Shown one piece after another: positions 25,071-37,400 of a DNA stretch of 64,000 nt. Both the position numbers and the translations under genes were made by a program. Source of the stretch: Heterodontus francisci (taxonomy: Eukaryota); NCBI RefSeq assembly GCF_036365525.1, contig NC_090419.1, positions 13,144,001 to 13,208,000 of the forward strand, read 5' to 3'. A model generated the notes under the pieces. It was not told the DNA's origin. It worked only from the letters and a program-made list of their open reading frames with translations, and did not search any database. How positions within the stretch are numbered: the stretch's first letter is position 1; the number at the start of each line of letters is the position of its first letter.

Positions 25071-27079
25071 GGAAGCACAGGAGGGAGCTAGCTCACTAGC
25101 AGCAACTTAAATGATAATAATCAGAAATGTATTCAAAAAAAGTACAGTGCTTCAAGAAATTGCCGGTGACATTTCTTTAAGGGAGCACTGCTGAAGAGTA
25201 ACAGCCTGTGTGAGAGAGTGCACACAGATTGGTTCCATGTTCTGCTCGGTGTTTGGATCACTCCTACCCCACACAGGTCCTTCCATGTTGTATCCCATTC
25301 TCCATTCAGTGTCAACCCCTGTGTTTCCTAGCCCCTGGACCCAACCTCGTTTGGAACAAAAGACAGTTGTAGGATCGTAAAGTTAGTTTCTTTCAAACTG
25401 AGCCCCAACCGCAGTTTCAATATTCTTTCCATCCGCTTATTCTCCTCCTCCTCTTTGGCTGGTTCCCTGGGAGCTGGTCGCCCTCAGGTACATCACCTGA
25501 GACGCTGTTCTTCATGTGTGCAGGGACTCTCAGCGGGCTATTCGAGCTTGGAGCCGAACCCAAAGCTACCCCAACCCAACGTCCAAGTAGACAGGCCTGC
25601 TTATAACTAAATAAATCTGGAATAAAAAGCTAGTCTCGAGTCTTGGCGACCACGAAACTATCGGATTGTAGCAAAAACCCAGTTGGTTCAATAATTAGGG
25701 AAGGAAATCTGCCGTCCTTTACCTGGTCTCGGCTAGATGTCTCCAGACCCACAGCAATGTGGCTGACTCGTCACTGCCCTCTGAAACGGCCCAGCAAGCC
25801 ACGCAGTTGTACTGACGGGGGCTCACCACCACATTCTCAAGGGCAATGCCTGCATGCTGTGAATGAATGATGAAAGAATAGCTGCTATGTGCCTGAACTA
25901 TAGCACACACCGCACATCCAAAAGTATGTGAAGTGCTTTGCCTTGTTTGTTAAGCATTGGGTAAAAGCAAGGTGGTCTTTCTTTAAGACTATGGCACTCA
26001 CAAGGATGGAATGATATTCAGGCTAGAAGCAGCAGTGTTTGGTTGAAGTGTTGAGGTGCACTGGCCAAACCCTGAAGGAAAGAGGTTTGACATGGACTGC
26101 TGCCAAAATCTGATCGAGGGACAATTCAGTGTCTGCACTTCAGAGACAGAAGCACCCCGAGTGGTATCTGGATACTAATAGCCATACTAGCATGCCAAGG
26201 CTTAAATGTTTAGTTAAATTGCGTTCTCCCATCCTATTTGCATTCGTTATGATCTAATCAGATTTTCTGTCACTATTGAAGAGTGAAAACACATCAAGCT
26301 TTTACATTAAAATAAAATTAACCGAGCAGCTGGAGTACAACACATTTTCAACATCTCTCGGGCTACTGATCCTCCGAGAGACTGGTCAATACCTGATTTA
26401 ACTAAAAACAGACAATGCTGGAAACACTCGACAGGTCAGGCAGCATCTGTGGAGAGACAAAGGTCGGGTTAACAATTCAGATCCATGGTCAGAACCTAAC
26501 TTTCCTCGCTCCACAGATGCTGCCTGGACCCTGCTCAGCGTTCTCTGTTTCTGTTTTAGAGTGCAGTATTTTTTCACTTTTTTTTTGTCTCACCCGATTG
26601 TATGAATTATTTTAACGTGCGACAGTTGCAATGGCACTCACGTACAGGAAAACACCTCACAGCACTTCACAAGAAGTGAAAATTGGGGAAATGGAGAAGC
26701 CCGGGCTATCCAGGAATAGGCATTTTTAAGAAGGGCTTTTGAAAGCAGGGAGGGAGATGGCACAGCAGAGGGAGACAGGCAGGGGGATGAGAGAGCAGGG
26801 ACAAAGTAGCTTAAGCAGCAAGTGCCACTGGCACAGTGGATGAGGCAGGAAAACAGAGTACCCTGGCCTCAGAGGAGCAGAGAAAGTGCATATGGGACTG
26901 CATGGCCCTGATTGACAGGGTAAAGGGATTTCAAAGTGAGCAAGCAGATTTTGAGATCAACACACCAGCGACAGGACAGAGAGCAACGGCCCACAAACTC
27001 GTGTCCAGTATCCTGGGAGAGATCGAGGCACAGACCGCCAGCAATTATTGCACAAAGTTACAGTCAGTCAAGTCACGTT

Positions 27080-30000
27080 TCACGCCGATGACCTCATGCA
27101 GGGACACTTTTGGATTATCTGAATGGCTCGAGTGACCAGCTTCGGATGGAAACATAAGCAGAGTCCAAATGCTGTCCCAAGTAATCCTATAATCAGTCCA
27201 CAGATGAAACAGGCAAGTTGACTTGAGTCCGAGTCAGTGGTTTCTTCTGAGGGGTCCAGAATTTCTGGCTCTGTAAACAAGTCACAAGCTTATTCGGGAC
27301 TGTTTGGATCAGAAATCAACCCTGAGCCAGTTCCAACAGCGAGGTCGGGTCCTAGCTCAAACTGCCTATAGTGCTCGGTTCCATTTCTACTCTAGGCAGT
27401 ATTCCCCCTTCTCTCCCGACGGTGCTGACTATTATTGGGGTAAGGGTTCCAAAGGCTACCAACCATGTGTAAGGCCAGACAACATCAGCAGCAGGTTTGA
27501 TCATATGGAGCCCAATTCAAGACCTCCGCGCTCCTCCTATTCTGGCCTCTTGCAACCCACCTGCCCGATTTCCATCACTCCACCATTGGCGGCCGTGCCT
27601 TCAGCTGCCTGGGGCCCTGAGCTCTGGAATTCCCTCCCTAAACCTCTCCGCTCCCCACCTCTCTCCTCCTTTAAGACGCTCCTTAAAACCTACTCTTTGA
27701 CCCGGCTCTGAAGTAAGAAAGTATTGCAGGTGTCCTAGACACATTTCCATTGAAGAGCCTGCAGTTCTACATCTGGAGGATGTTGTAGTGAAGTTCCCTG
27801 GGGTCCCCACTGATTTCAAAGCATCAAATGCCCAACTGCAACACGCTGAAGGATTACACTATAATCTTTCTGTGATGTCCTGCACGCGCCCAACCTACAT
27901 TGCAAAATCACGTTCATTTTCCATTGACTCAGTTCCAAAATGAAGTGGCTGTGCTTGGGAACCCTGTGTAATTTGGCTGATCATGGTTCCACATCTCTTA
28001 CCCCAGTAGGTTATCATCTCCTCATTGCTGATTGTGTGAACCACTTTGCAGGAATACACGTCCCCAGCGGCTGGCTGGATTTGTGCGTATCTGAACACCT
28101 GGAATCGCCAGTCATCACCAAACGAGAGCTTTGAGGAGTTCACGTCGCCGTCGAGAGGCACCTCGTTCTTCTGCAGAGTGATGTTAATTGTCGGAGGGAA
28201 TAAACCACTGACTAAACAGGTCAAAACGTTTGTCTCGCCGAAGGCAACCGCTTTCTCCGGATACAGGAAGAGCTCGGCAATTTCTGAAAAGATCCAATTA
28301 AATATTTCATAATAAGCGGCTGACTAATGCTTATGAATTTCTTCCAGTTCTGCTCACTACAGTTGCTGATCCATGTTGAAGTACTGCACCACAAACATAC
28401 CTATCGCATGATGACAGCAATGTCATCTCAATTTCCAACTCAAACGTATAGATCAAAAACCCCAAAGAAGCCAGGGTTATTGATGAAAATGGACCAAAGT
28501 CTCGCCTCCTAATGTCCTGGCCAGTTGCCTGATACGACAAAGTAACTTGGAAGTGCAAATCACTGATAATATAGGCGAACATAGGCAGCTGGCAGCATCC
28601 CACAGGGAGCTGCTAATGTTCTTGGCATCAGTGACTGCGGGGAGAGCATTTAACCACACTCACCATGTTATAAAAAGGATATGGAGGCACTGGAGAGGCT
28701 GCAGAAAAAGATTCACAAAGATGATTCCAGAAATATGGGGGTATACATATCAGGGGAAGATGGATAGGTTTGGTGTCTTTTTTCTTGCAAAGCGAAGGCT
28801 GAGGGGTGACTTAATAAAGGTCTTTATTATGAAAGGTTTTGATAAGAGTGGATACAGAGAGAATGTTGTGGGGAAGAACAAAACTAGAAGCCATCAGTGT
28901 AACATTTTGGTTAAGAAATCCAATCAGGCATACTTCTTTCCCCAGAGAGTGGTGAGAATGTGGAACTCGCTACCACAGGAAATGGTTGAGGTGAATAGTA
29001 TCGATGCATTTATGGGAAGCTAGATATGCATATGAGGAAGAAGGGACTAGAGGGTTATACTGATAGAGCTAGATGAGGAATGGCAGCAAAGACATGGACT
29101 GGTGGGGGTCAAATGGCCTGTTTCTGTGCTGTACGTCTTCTGTAATCTCAGCTCTTTTGAGCAGCCAGATAGGGCCTCAGCAGAGGGACCAACATATGAA
29201 TTAGGAGCAGGAGTAGGCCACTCGACCCCTCGAGCCTGCTCCGCCTTTCAACAAGTTCATGGCTGAACTGATCACTCCACATTTCCACCGACCCCCGATA
29301 ACCTTCCACCCCCTCCCCCTTGCTTATCAAGAATCTATCTACCTCTGCCTTAAAATTATCCAAAGAAAACATTTCTCCTCATCTCTTTCTTAAATGGGCG
29401 ACCCTTTATTTTTAGACAGTGACCCCTAGTTCTAGATTCTCCCACAAGGGGAAACATCCTTTCCACATCCACCCTGTCAAGCCCCCTCAGGATCTTATAT
29501 GTTTCAATCAAGTCGCCTCTTACTCTTCTAAATTCCAGCGGATACAAGCCTAGCCTGTCCAATCTTTCCTCGTAAGACAGCCCGCCCATTCCAGGTATTA
29601 TTCTAGTAAACCTTCTCTGAACTGCCTCCAACGCATTTACATCCTTCCTTAAATAAGGAGACCAGTGGTGTACACAGTACTCCAGACGTGGTCTCACCAA
29701 TGCCCTGTATAACTGAAGCATAACCTGCCTACTTTTATATTCAATTCCCCTCGCGATAAACGATAACATTCTATTAGCTTTCCTAATTACATGCTGTACC
29801 TGTATATTAACCTTTTGCGATTCATGCACTAGGACACCCAGATACCTCTGCATCTCAGAGCTTTGCAATCTCTCACCATTTAGATAATATGCTTCCTTTT
29901 TTATTCTTCCTGACAAAGTAGACAATTTCACACTTTCCCACATTATACTCCAATTTGCCAGGTCTTCGCCCACTCACTTAACCTATCTATATCCCTTTGT

Positions 30001-33000
30001 AGCCTCCTTCTGTCCTCTTCACAAGTTACTTTCCTACCTATCTTTGTATCGTCAGCAAATTTAGCAACCATACCTTTGGTCCCTTCATTTAAGTCATTTA
30101 TATAAATTGTAAAAAGTTGAGGCCCCAGCACAGATCCCTGTGACACACCACTCGTTACATCTTGCCAACCAGAAAATGACCCATTTATGCCTACTCTCTG
30201 TTTCCTGTTCGCTAACCAATCTTCTATCCATGCCAATATGTTACCCCCTACACCATCAGCTTTTATTTTCTGCAATAACCTTTGATGTGGCACCTTATCA
30301 AATGCCTTCTGGAAATCTAAGTACAATACATCCACCGGTTCCCCTTTATCCACAGCACATGTAACTCCCTCAAAGAACTCCAATAAATTGGTTAAACATG
30401 ATTTCCCTTTCACAAAACCATGTTGACTCTGCCTGATTATCCTGAATTTTTCTAAATGCCCTGCTATAACATCTTTAATAATTACTTCTAACATGTTCCC
30501 TAAGACAGAAGTTAAGCAACTGGCCTGTAGTTGCCTGCTTTCTGTCTCCCTCCCTTTTTGAATAAAGGAGTTACAGTTGCTATTTTCCAATCTAATGGAA
30601 CCTTCCCCGAATCTAGGGAATTTTGGAAAATTAAAACTAAATCATCAACTATCTCACTAGCCACTTCTTTTAACACCCTAGGATGAAGTCCATCAGGACC
30701 CGGGGACTTGTCAGCCCGCAGCTCCAACAGTTTGTACACCACTTCCCTGGTGCTTGTAATTTTCTTGAGTTCCTCCCTCCCTTCCATTTCCTGACTTACA
30801 GCTAATACTGGGATCTTACTTGCATCCTCAATAGTGATTACCGATGCAAAATATCTGTTCAAGTCATCTGTCATCTCCTTATTATCCATTATTAATTCCC
30901 CAGCCTCACTTTCTATAGGACCATGCTCACTTTGTTAACGCTTTTCTTTATTAACTATCTATAGAAATCTTACTATCTGTCTTTATATTTCTAGCTAGCT
31001 TTCTCTCATACTCTAATTTTACCTTCCTTATCAACCTTTTAGTCATTCTTTGCTGTTTTTTATATTCTGTCCAATCACACCTCTGCCAATGCAGCACCCC
31101 CATCAACACTACACTGGAGTGTCAGACATGCTGCGTCTATAAAAAGAGGAACATTTAAATGAAGTGCTGTGTTTGTGTGAAAGTATTCGCTGCAGACGTT
31201 GTCATTGTGAGGTCCCACAGTGTGAGCCCCTTGTACACTCTGTCTTAACTCAAACCTCTAGTTGTAGCAGTAAATGTAGTAGGTGGCACTGAGGAAGCCT
31301 TGTCAGCTACTTGTGGGTGTAGTCCCTGCCCTTCCGCACCACAGAATATCCTGTGATGTATTTGCTGTGGCATCTATATACGTTCAGGGGTACACCCTGC
31401 CACTTGAACAGATGCAGGCGATGGCACAAGACTGGCACTGATGCGTCAAAGGACAGCAGACTGCTTACCCCTGTGGTATGCCATGCCTGCCCCTGCGACT
31501 GGCCAAGGCCTCTGGCACACTGACTGTGACCTTGCCAGTCACTGCTCGGAGCTGCAGCCCTCCTACCCGGACTCACCATTTGGGGGAGGTGAATTGTTGG
31601 TCAGTGCTATTGCTATGTCCATCATCCTCCGCTGCGATGCTATGGTTCTGCTGCTTTGCTGCACAAGTTCCGCCAAAATCCCACGATACTGCTCGAAGCC
31701 ACTCACTTGGAACTGGACACTTGACAAGGTGGTGTCATAGTAAATGAAGATTCTGTCTTCCGTCTTCAGCTCACAGGCCAGGTCCATGAGGCTGGGATCA
31801 TCTGTGACGAAACAGACGAGCTGCACCTTCCCTTTTTCTGAAAGGGGTAAGAACATGGAGAAAAACGGCCCTTGGATTCAACAACCACATTATCGTCTGC
31901 TGTAGCTTACAACCCAACCTCGAGCTTATTGTGCACTGGGTTAAAGAGCGTGTGTTTATACAAACCAGGCAGACAACTCGTGCAATAAAATCCCATAAAC
32001 ATCAGTAAAATGGTGGCAGTTGAAAACATTCCTGCAGCATTGATGTGAGGAATAAAAATTGATTCGAGATCCAGAGATCGCCTGTGCTAGCAGTTAAGAC
32101 GAGTTCTTTCATCCCTGGAATCAAATCCTCCTGCCTGGAAGCGTCCAACCTAGATTGATTCCCGGGATGAGGGGGTGGTCCTACAAGGAGAGATCAAGTA
32201 GAATGGGCTTATCATTTTATTTCTTTGAGCAAGGGATGTGGGCGTCGCTAGCCAGGCCAGCATTTATTGCCCATCCCTAATCGCCCTTGAGAAGGTGGTG
32301 GTGAGCTGCCTTCTTGAACCGCTGCAGTCCGTGTGGAATAGTTAGGAAGGGAGTTCCAGGATTTTAACCCAGCGACAGTGAAGGAACGGCGATACAGTTC
32401 CAAGTCAAGATGGTGTGTGGCTTGGAGGGAGCTTGTAGGTGGTGGTGTTCCCATACGTTTGCTGCCCTTGTCCTTCTAGGTGGTAGAGGTCGTGGGTTTG
32501 GAAGGTGCTGTCGAAGGAGCCTTGGTGCGTTGCTGCAGTGCATCTTGTAGATGGTACACACTGCTGCCACTGTGCGTCGGTGGTGGAGGGAGTGAATGTT
32601 TAAGATGGTGGATGGGGTGCCGATCATGCGGGCTGTTTTGTCCTGGATTATAGCGAACTTCTTGAGTGTTGTTGGAGCTGCACCCATCCAGGCAAGTGGA
32701 GAGTATTCCATCACACTCCTGACTTGTGCCTTGTAGATGGTGGACAGGCTTTGGGGGAGTCCGGAGGCGAATTACTCGCCACAGGATTCCCAGCTTCTGA
32801 CTTGCTCTTGCAGCCACGGTATTTATAAGGCTAGTCCAGTTCAGTTTCTGGTCAATGGCAACCACCCCCCCCCCCCCCACCCCCACAGGATGTTGATAGT
32901 GGGGGATTCAGCGACGGTAACGCCCTTGAACGTCAAGGGGAGATGGTTAGATTCTCTCCTGTTGGAGATAGTCAACGCCTGGCACTTATTGAGTCACAAC

Positions 33001-34244
33001 AGCACAAAAGCAGGCCATTCTGCCCATCGCGCCTGGGCCAACCCTCTGCAGAGCAATCCAGCCAGTCCCACTCCCCCCGGCTCTATCCCCCCCTTGTACC
33101 CCTACACGTTTGTATCCCTCACGTGCCCATCCAATCTCATTTCGAGATAATTCACCATCTCCGCTTCCACCGCCCTCGTGGGCAGCGAGTTCCCGGTCAT
33201 TGCCACCCGCTGCGTTAGAAAAAGGTTCTTCCCCGCATTCCCCGCCCCCTCCTCTGCATCTCTGACCCAAAACCTTCAATCTGTGTCCCCTAGTCCTTGT
33301 ATCGTCCGCTAAGGGGAACAACATAACTGAGAGCGAATTTATCGCCGCTAGGGGAATCTAGAAAGAGGGGTCACAGTCGCAGGATAAAGGAGGGGAGGGG
33401 GGGTGACCATTTCAGACGGAGATGGGGAGAAATTTCTTCAAAGAGTCATTTACGGCACCAAAGGAGGCCTTTCGGCCCATCCAGCCCGTGCCGGACTCAC
33501 TCGGACGGTTGTGAATCTTTGGGACTCTCTAACCCGGGGGCGGTGAGAAATCTCCTTTGGGGAGGCGGCAATATTCGTCCTTCAACCCAGACCTCGGTCA
33601 CGACTCACTTGGGGGGTGGGGGGGGGGGGGGGAAGGGGCTGGTGCGTGGGATCTTGCTGTGCGTTGCCCCAATGGCGGCACTTCACGACTTAGAGAATTT
33701 AAAAAAATAATTGTTTATTCTCACCCCCCCCCCCCACCTCAGATAGAGATAGTCTGCTGTTCCCCACTGCCGCCCCCCCCCCAACCCCACCACCACGGCC
33801 CCTTCCCCTCTACTCACCAAGTGCCGACACGGGACTGAGCGGGAGGAGGAGGAGGATGGAGAGGAGGCGGATGGAGGGGAGGAGGATGGAGGGGAAGAGT
33901 TTGGAGGGCAGGAGGAGGAGGGAGGGGAAGAGTTTGGAGGGGAGGAGGAGGGAGGGGAAGAGTTTGGAGGGCAGGAGGAGAAGGGAGGGGAAGAGTTTGG
34001 AGGGGAGGAGGAGGGAGGGGAAGAGTTTGGAGGGGAGGAGGAGGGAGGGGAAGAGTTTGGAGGGAAGGAGTTTGGAGGGGAAGAGTTTGGAGGGCAGGAG
34101 GAGAAGGGAGGGGAAGGGTTTGGAGGGGAGGAGGAGGATGAAGGGCAGGAGGAGGGAGGGGAAGATTTTGGAGGGGAGGAGGAGGGAGGGGAAGAGTTTG
34201 GAGGGCAGGAGGAGGGAGGGGAGGTTGTTGTTGTCTCGCTCCAT
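27080..34244 (-). CDS. WA: MHC W-category alpha chain gene (WA), 4 exons, 386 aa
   Basis: Exons 34244-33818 (repeat-expanded leader ending LLSILLLLPLSPVSAL), 31837-31577 (alpha1), 28283-28002 (alpha2), 27270-27080 (CP/TM/cytoplasmic, CFICGLIIGLLGTAFG, class II alpha-like Cys/Gly pattern, TGA). Phase-1 GT-AG introns; total 1161 nt, open frame. Confidence 0.87.
28002..28283 (-). CDS. WA: WA alpha2 IgSF C1 exon (beta2-microglobulin-like)
   Basis: NVLTCLVSGLFPPTINITLQKN has Leu in place of the C-strand Trp, as in b2m. LSFGDDWRF matches b2m LSFSKDWSF (F56/W60). Ends YSCKVVH...YW. Confidence 0.92.
28660..29145 (+). mobile_element. CR1 LINE 3' fragment
   Basis: KRRLRGDLIKVF and FFPQRVVRMWNSLP. Confidence 0.8.
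29190..31075 (-). mobile_element. CR1 LINE ORF2 fragment in WA intron 2
   Basis: [37 protein letters not shown] and LEYCVHHWSPY. Confidence 0.92.
31577..31837 (-). CDS. WA: WA alpha1 exon
   Basis: cag|AAAAAGGG...AATG|gtgagt; 87 codons EKGKVQLVCFVTDD...IFIYYD...ALTNNSPPPN. Size, YYD strand and proline-rich end resemble class II alpha1. Confidence 0.82.
33818..34244 (-). CDS. WA: WA leader exon with in-frame ~30-bp minisatellite (LFPSLLLPSK)n
   Basis: Strong Kozak gagATGg, no other Met in the exon, donor CTTG|GTGAGT in phase 1. Confidence 0.7.
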
Positions 34245-34402
34245 CTCCTCAGTTTCTTTCTTTCTTCCTCAGGTTTCGGAGCAGAAACAGGAAATAAATC
34301 AAGTCAAATCAGTTCAAACTGTAAAGTGAAAGCGCGAGGAAGCGGCTCCTCCTCGGAGAATCCGAGCGAACAATCCGGAAGCTTCTGGAACCCGCGGAGA
34401 GA
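34245..34402. promoter_or_regulatory. Compact bidirectional promoter region shared by WA and WB-b
   Basis: Only 158 bp between divergent ATGs (34244 minus, 34403 plus). IRF-E-like AAAGTGAAAGC at 34323-34333, ETS-like GAGGAAG at 34336-34342, ISRE-like AGTTTCTTTC at 34251. Confidence 0.65.
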
Positions 34403-37400
34403 ATGAGCGGAGGAGCCGCCAACCGTCTGGACATCAGAGGCTTCATCCTCCTGAGCTGGGGGCTAACGGACACCCTGGGTGAGGGAGGAGTGAGGGGGAA
34501 TGAGGGTGAGGGAGGAGTGAGGGTGAGGGGAGGGGGGAGTGAGGGTGAGGGGAGGGGGGAGTGAGGGTGCGGGAGGAGTGAGGGTGAGGGGAGGGGGTAG
34601 TGAGGGTGAGGGGAGGGGGGAGTGAGGGTGAGGTGAGGAGTGAGGGTGAGGGGAGGGAGGAGTGAGGGTGAGGTGAGGGGAGGGGGTAGTGAGGGTGAGG
34701 GGAGGGGGGAGTGAGGGTGAGGGGAGGGGGAGTGAGGGTGAGGGGAGGGGGGAGTGAGGGTGAGGTGAGGGGAGAGGAGAGTGAGGGGAGGGGGAGTGAG
34801 GGAGGGTAGGAGGAGGGAGGAAGGGTGAGGGGGAGGGAGGGAGGAAGGGTGAGGGGGAGGGAGGAAGGGTGAGGAGGGTGAGGGGAGGGGGGAGTGAGGG
34901 TGAGGGGGGAGTGAGGTGAGGGGGGAGTGAGGGTGAGGGGAGAGTGAGGGAGGGTAGGAGGAGGGAGGAAGGGTGAGGGGAGGGAGGGAGGAAGGGTGAG
35001 GAGAGGAGGGGGTGAGGGAGGAGGGGGGAGGTGATGAGGGAGGTAGAGGTAGGTGAGGGGGGAAGGAGGGGGTGAGGGAGGGAGGGGGTGAGGGAAGGAG
35101 GGAGGCGGTGAGGGACGGAGTGGGGAAGTGGGAGGGAGGATTTGGGCATTCCGAGAGGAGATGGGAGAGGGGAAAGAGGGAGGGGGCAGTGGAGGCGGGA
35201 GTGGGGTGAGAAGGGAGGAATGGTAGGGGGAGAGTAGGGGAATGGAGCGTGTATGCAGGGGTTTCGGGAAGGGGGGAGGGGATAGGAAGGGGGGGGCGAG
35301 GCGAGGGGTGTAAGGGAGGGAGGAGATGGGGGAGTGGGTAAGAGGGGGTGGGTCGCATGGGGGGGATGGGAGAAGAGGAGATGGAGGCGTGGAAAGGGGA
35401 GTGGAAAAAGGGGGGCATGGGAGTCATGGGGCGGGGGGGGGGGGTGAGGGTGGGAGTGGCCATTCGGAGAAGGGGAGGAGGTGTGGGGAGCATGGCCTCT
35501 ACACCTGAGCCTCGCTCTCCAGCCTGAGGGCCATCGACACCTGAGCCTCGCCCTCCAGCCTGAGGGCCATTGACCGCCGCAGCTTCCCGCATGAGGTCTC
35601 AGTGGTCAGCAGGCAGTTCCCAGGTTGATATTCCCCCTCCCCTGACTCATTCCCGCTGTTTGCACAGAGATGGGGCAAACTGCTAAAACAGAGTGGCGTC
35701 GGGAATTGGGTGAGGGTGGGAATTCGGTGCAGGAGGGGAAGGCAACAGTAAACAAGTACAGAGGATGTCAAGGTTCACAGATGACACAGACCACCCGTAA
35801 GTGGGAACTCTGTGTGGCTTGGCACCTGACCTCTTTACTCTGTCTTTTTTTTTGTGTGTGTTGGGTCAGTCTTGCGTGGATTCTGATGCCACCCTTGGGT
35901 GGGGTTTTTTTTTTTGTCATGTTCTTTTCCAGGAATACACCTGATCCAGCTGCTTTTCTCCTGCGACGGGCCTCACCCCTGGGTGTCGAGCCTGCGGTTT
36001 GCTTACGACGGGGAAGACTACATTAAATTTAACTACACCACAGATAAATTCGTGGCCGCCAACCCACTCGCGCAGCCTTTTGTCGACAGCTTTAACAGCG
36101 ACGCAAAGATGGTCAGAAAGTACGTCCGCTACGGTTATTACGGGACTTTGGTGGCGGAGGCGGTGCTGCAGGTCGCTCAGACCCTCACTGGTAAGCTGCC
36201 ACGCGGCGCACAGGCTTAACAAGCAGCCCGTCTGGTATGTATCATGGAATCATGGAAAGGTTAGAGCACAGGAGGAGGCCATTTGGCCCATCCTGTCCGT
36301 GCCGTCCCTCTGCGAGAGCAGCTCACCCAGTCCCACTCTCCCTGCCTTTTACCCCGTTCTCTTTTGAAAGCCACGGTCGAACCTGCCTCCACCACGCTCT
36401 CAGGCAGCGCGATTCGGACCACTCGCTGCGTGGAAAGGTCTTTCCCCATGCCGCCGTTGCATGGTACTCGCAGGCCTCGAAGAACTTCATTCCCATCTAT
36501 GCCGACACCTCAACTGACTCAGCCCAAGAACCCGAAGGGAGATGAGCGAGAAATTCACACAGCGAGTTACTATCAGGAACGTGCCACCTGAAAAGGCGGT
36601 GGAAGCAGATTCAGCAGCAACTATTTGCCAACTCCTTCCTGAATAAACCGCGACGGCCTATATTTACATATACGTCTTTAACATAGTGAAACTTCCCAGG
36701 AGCATCCTGAAGCAAACTGAAGCCCCGAGCCATATGAGGGTCAGGTGACCAAACGTTTGGTCAAAGCAGTCAGTTATCTTAAAGGAGGAGAGAGAGAGAA
36801 GAGGCGGAGAGGTTTAGGGAGGGAATTCCAGAGCTTAGGGCCCCAGGCAGCTGAGGGCACGGCCGCCGATGGTGGAGCGATGGGAATCGGGGGATGCTTG
36901 AGAGGCCGGAATTGGAGGAGCGCAGAGATCTCGGAGGGTTGTAGGGGGCTGGAGGAGGTTACAGAGATAGGGAGGGAGGGTGAGGGCCGTGGAGGGATCA
37001 TGTGGTCAACGAGGACAAACAAGGTGATTTTATTTGAAGTTTGTTGCCTTCAGGGTTTCCTATCCTACTTTGCTGACGAGATTTAAACCCATTGCCCTTC
37101 CCTGTTTTGCAGCCAAGCCTTCCATCGCAATAACTGCACACCGCCTGAGTGGGGGGAACGGTCACTTGCTTCTGAACTGCCGTATAGGTGGATTTTACCC
37201 GAGAGCCATCAACACAACCTGGCTGCAGGATGGCGGCGCCGTTGAACAGGAAGTGTTGAAGAGCAGGATTTTACCAAATAAGGACGGGACATTCCAGGTC
37301 ACACTGCGGATCAGCATTGATCCCGGGAGGGGCGACTCCTACACCTGTCAAGTGGAGCACAGAAGCGCCCCCGAGAAACTAACAGCAGTTTGGGGTAAGA

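Noticed and set aside
28002-28283. True beta2-microglobulin gene
   Set aside because: The exon is flanked in phase by an alpha1 exon and a TM exon, whereas b2m is a soluble single domain.
34309-35592. 427-aa proline-rich ORF
   Set aside because: It is the translation of a low-complexity intronic tract antisense to WB-b.
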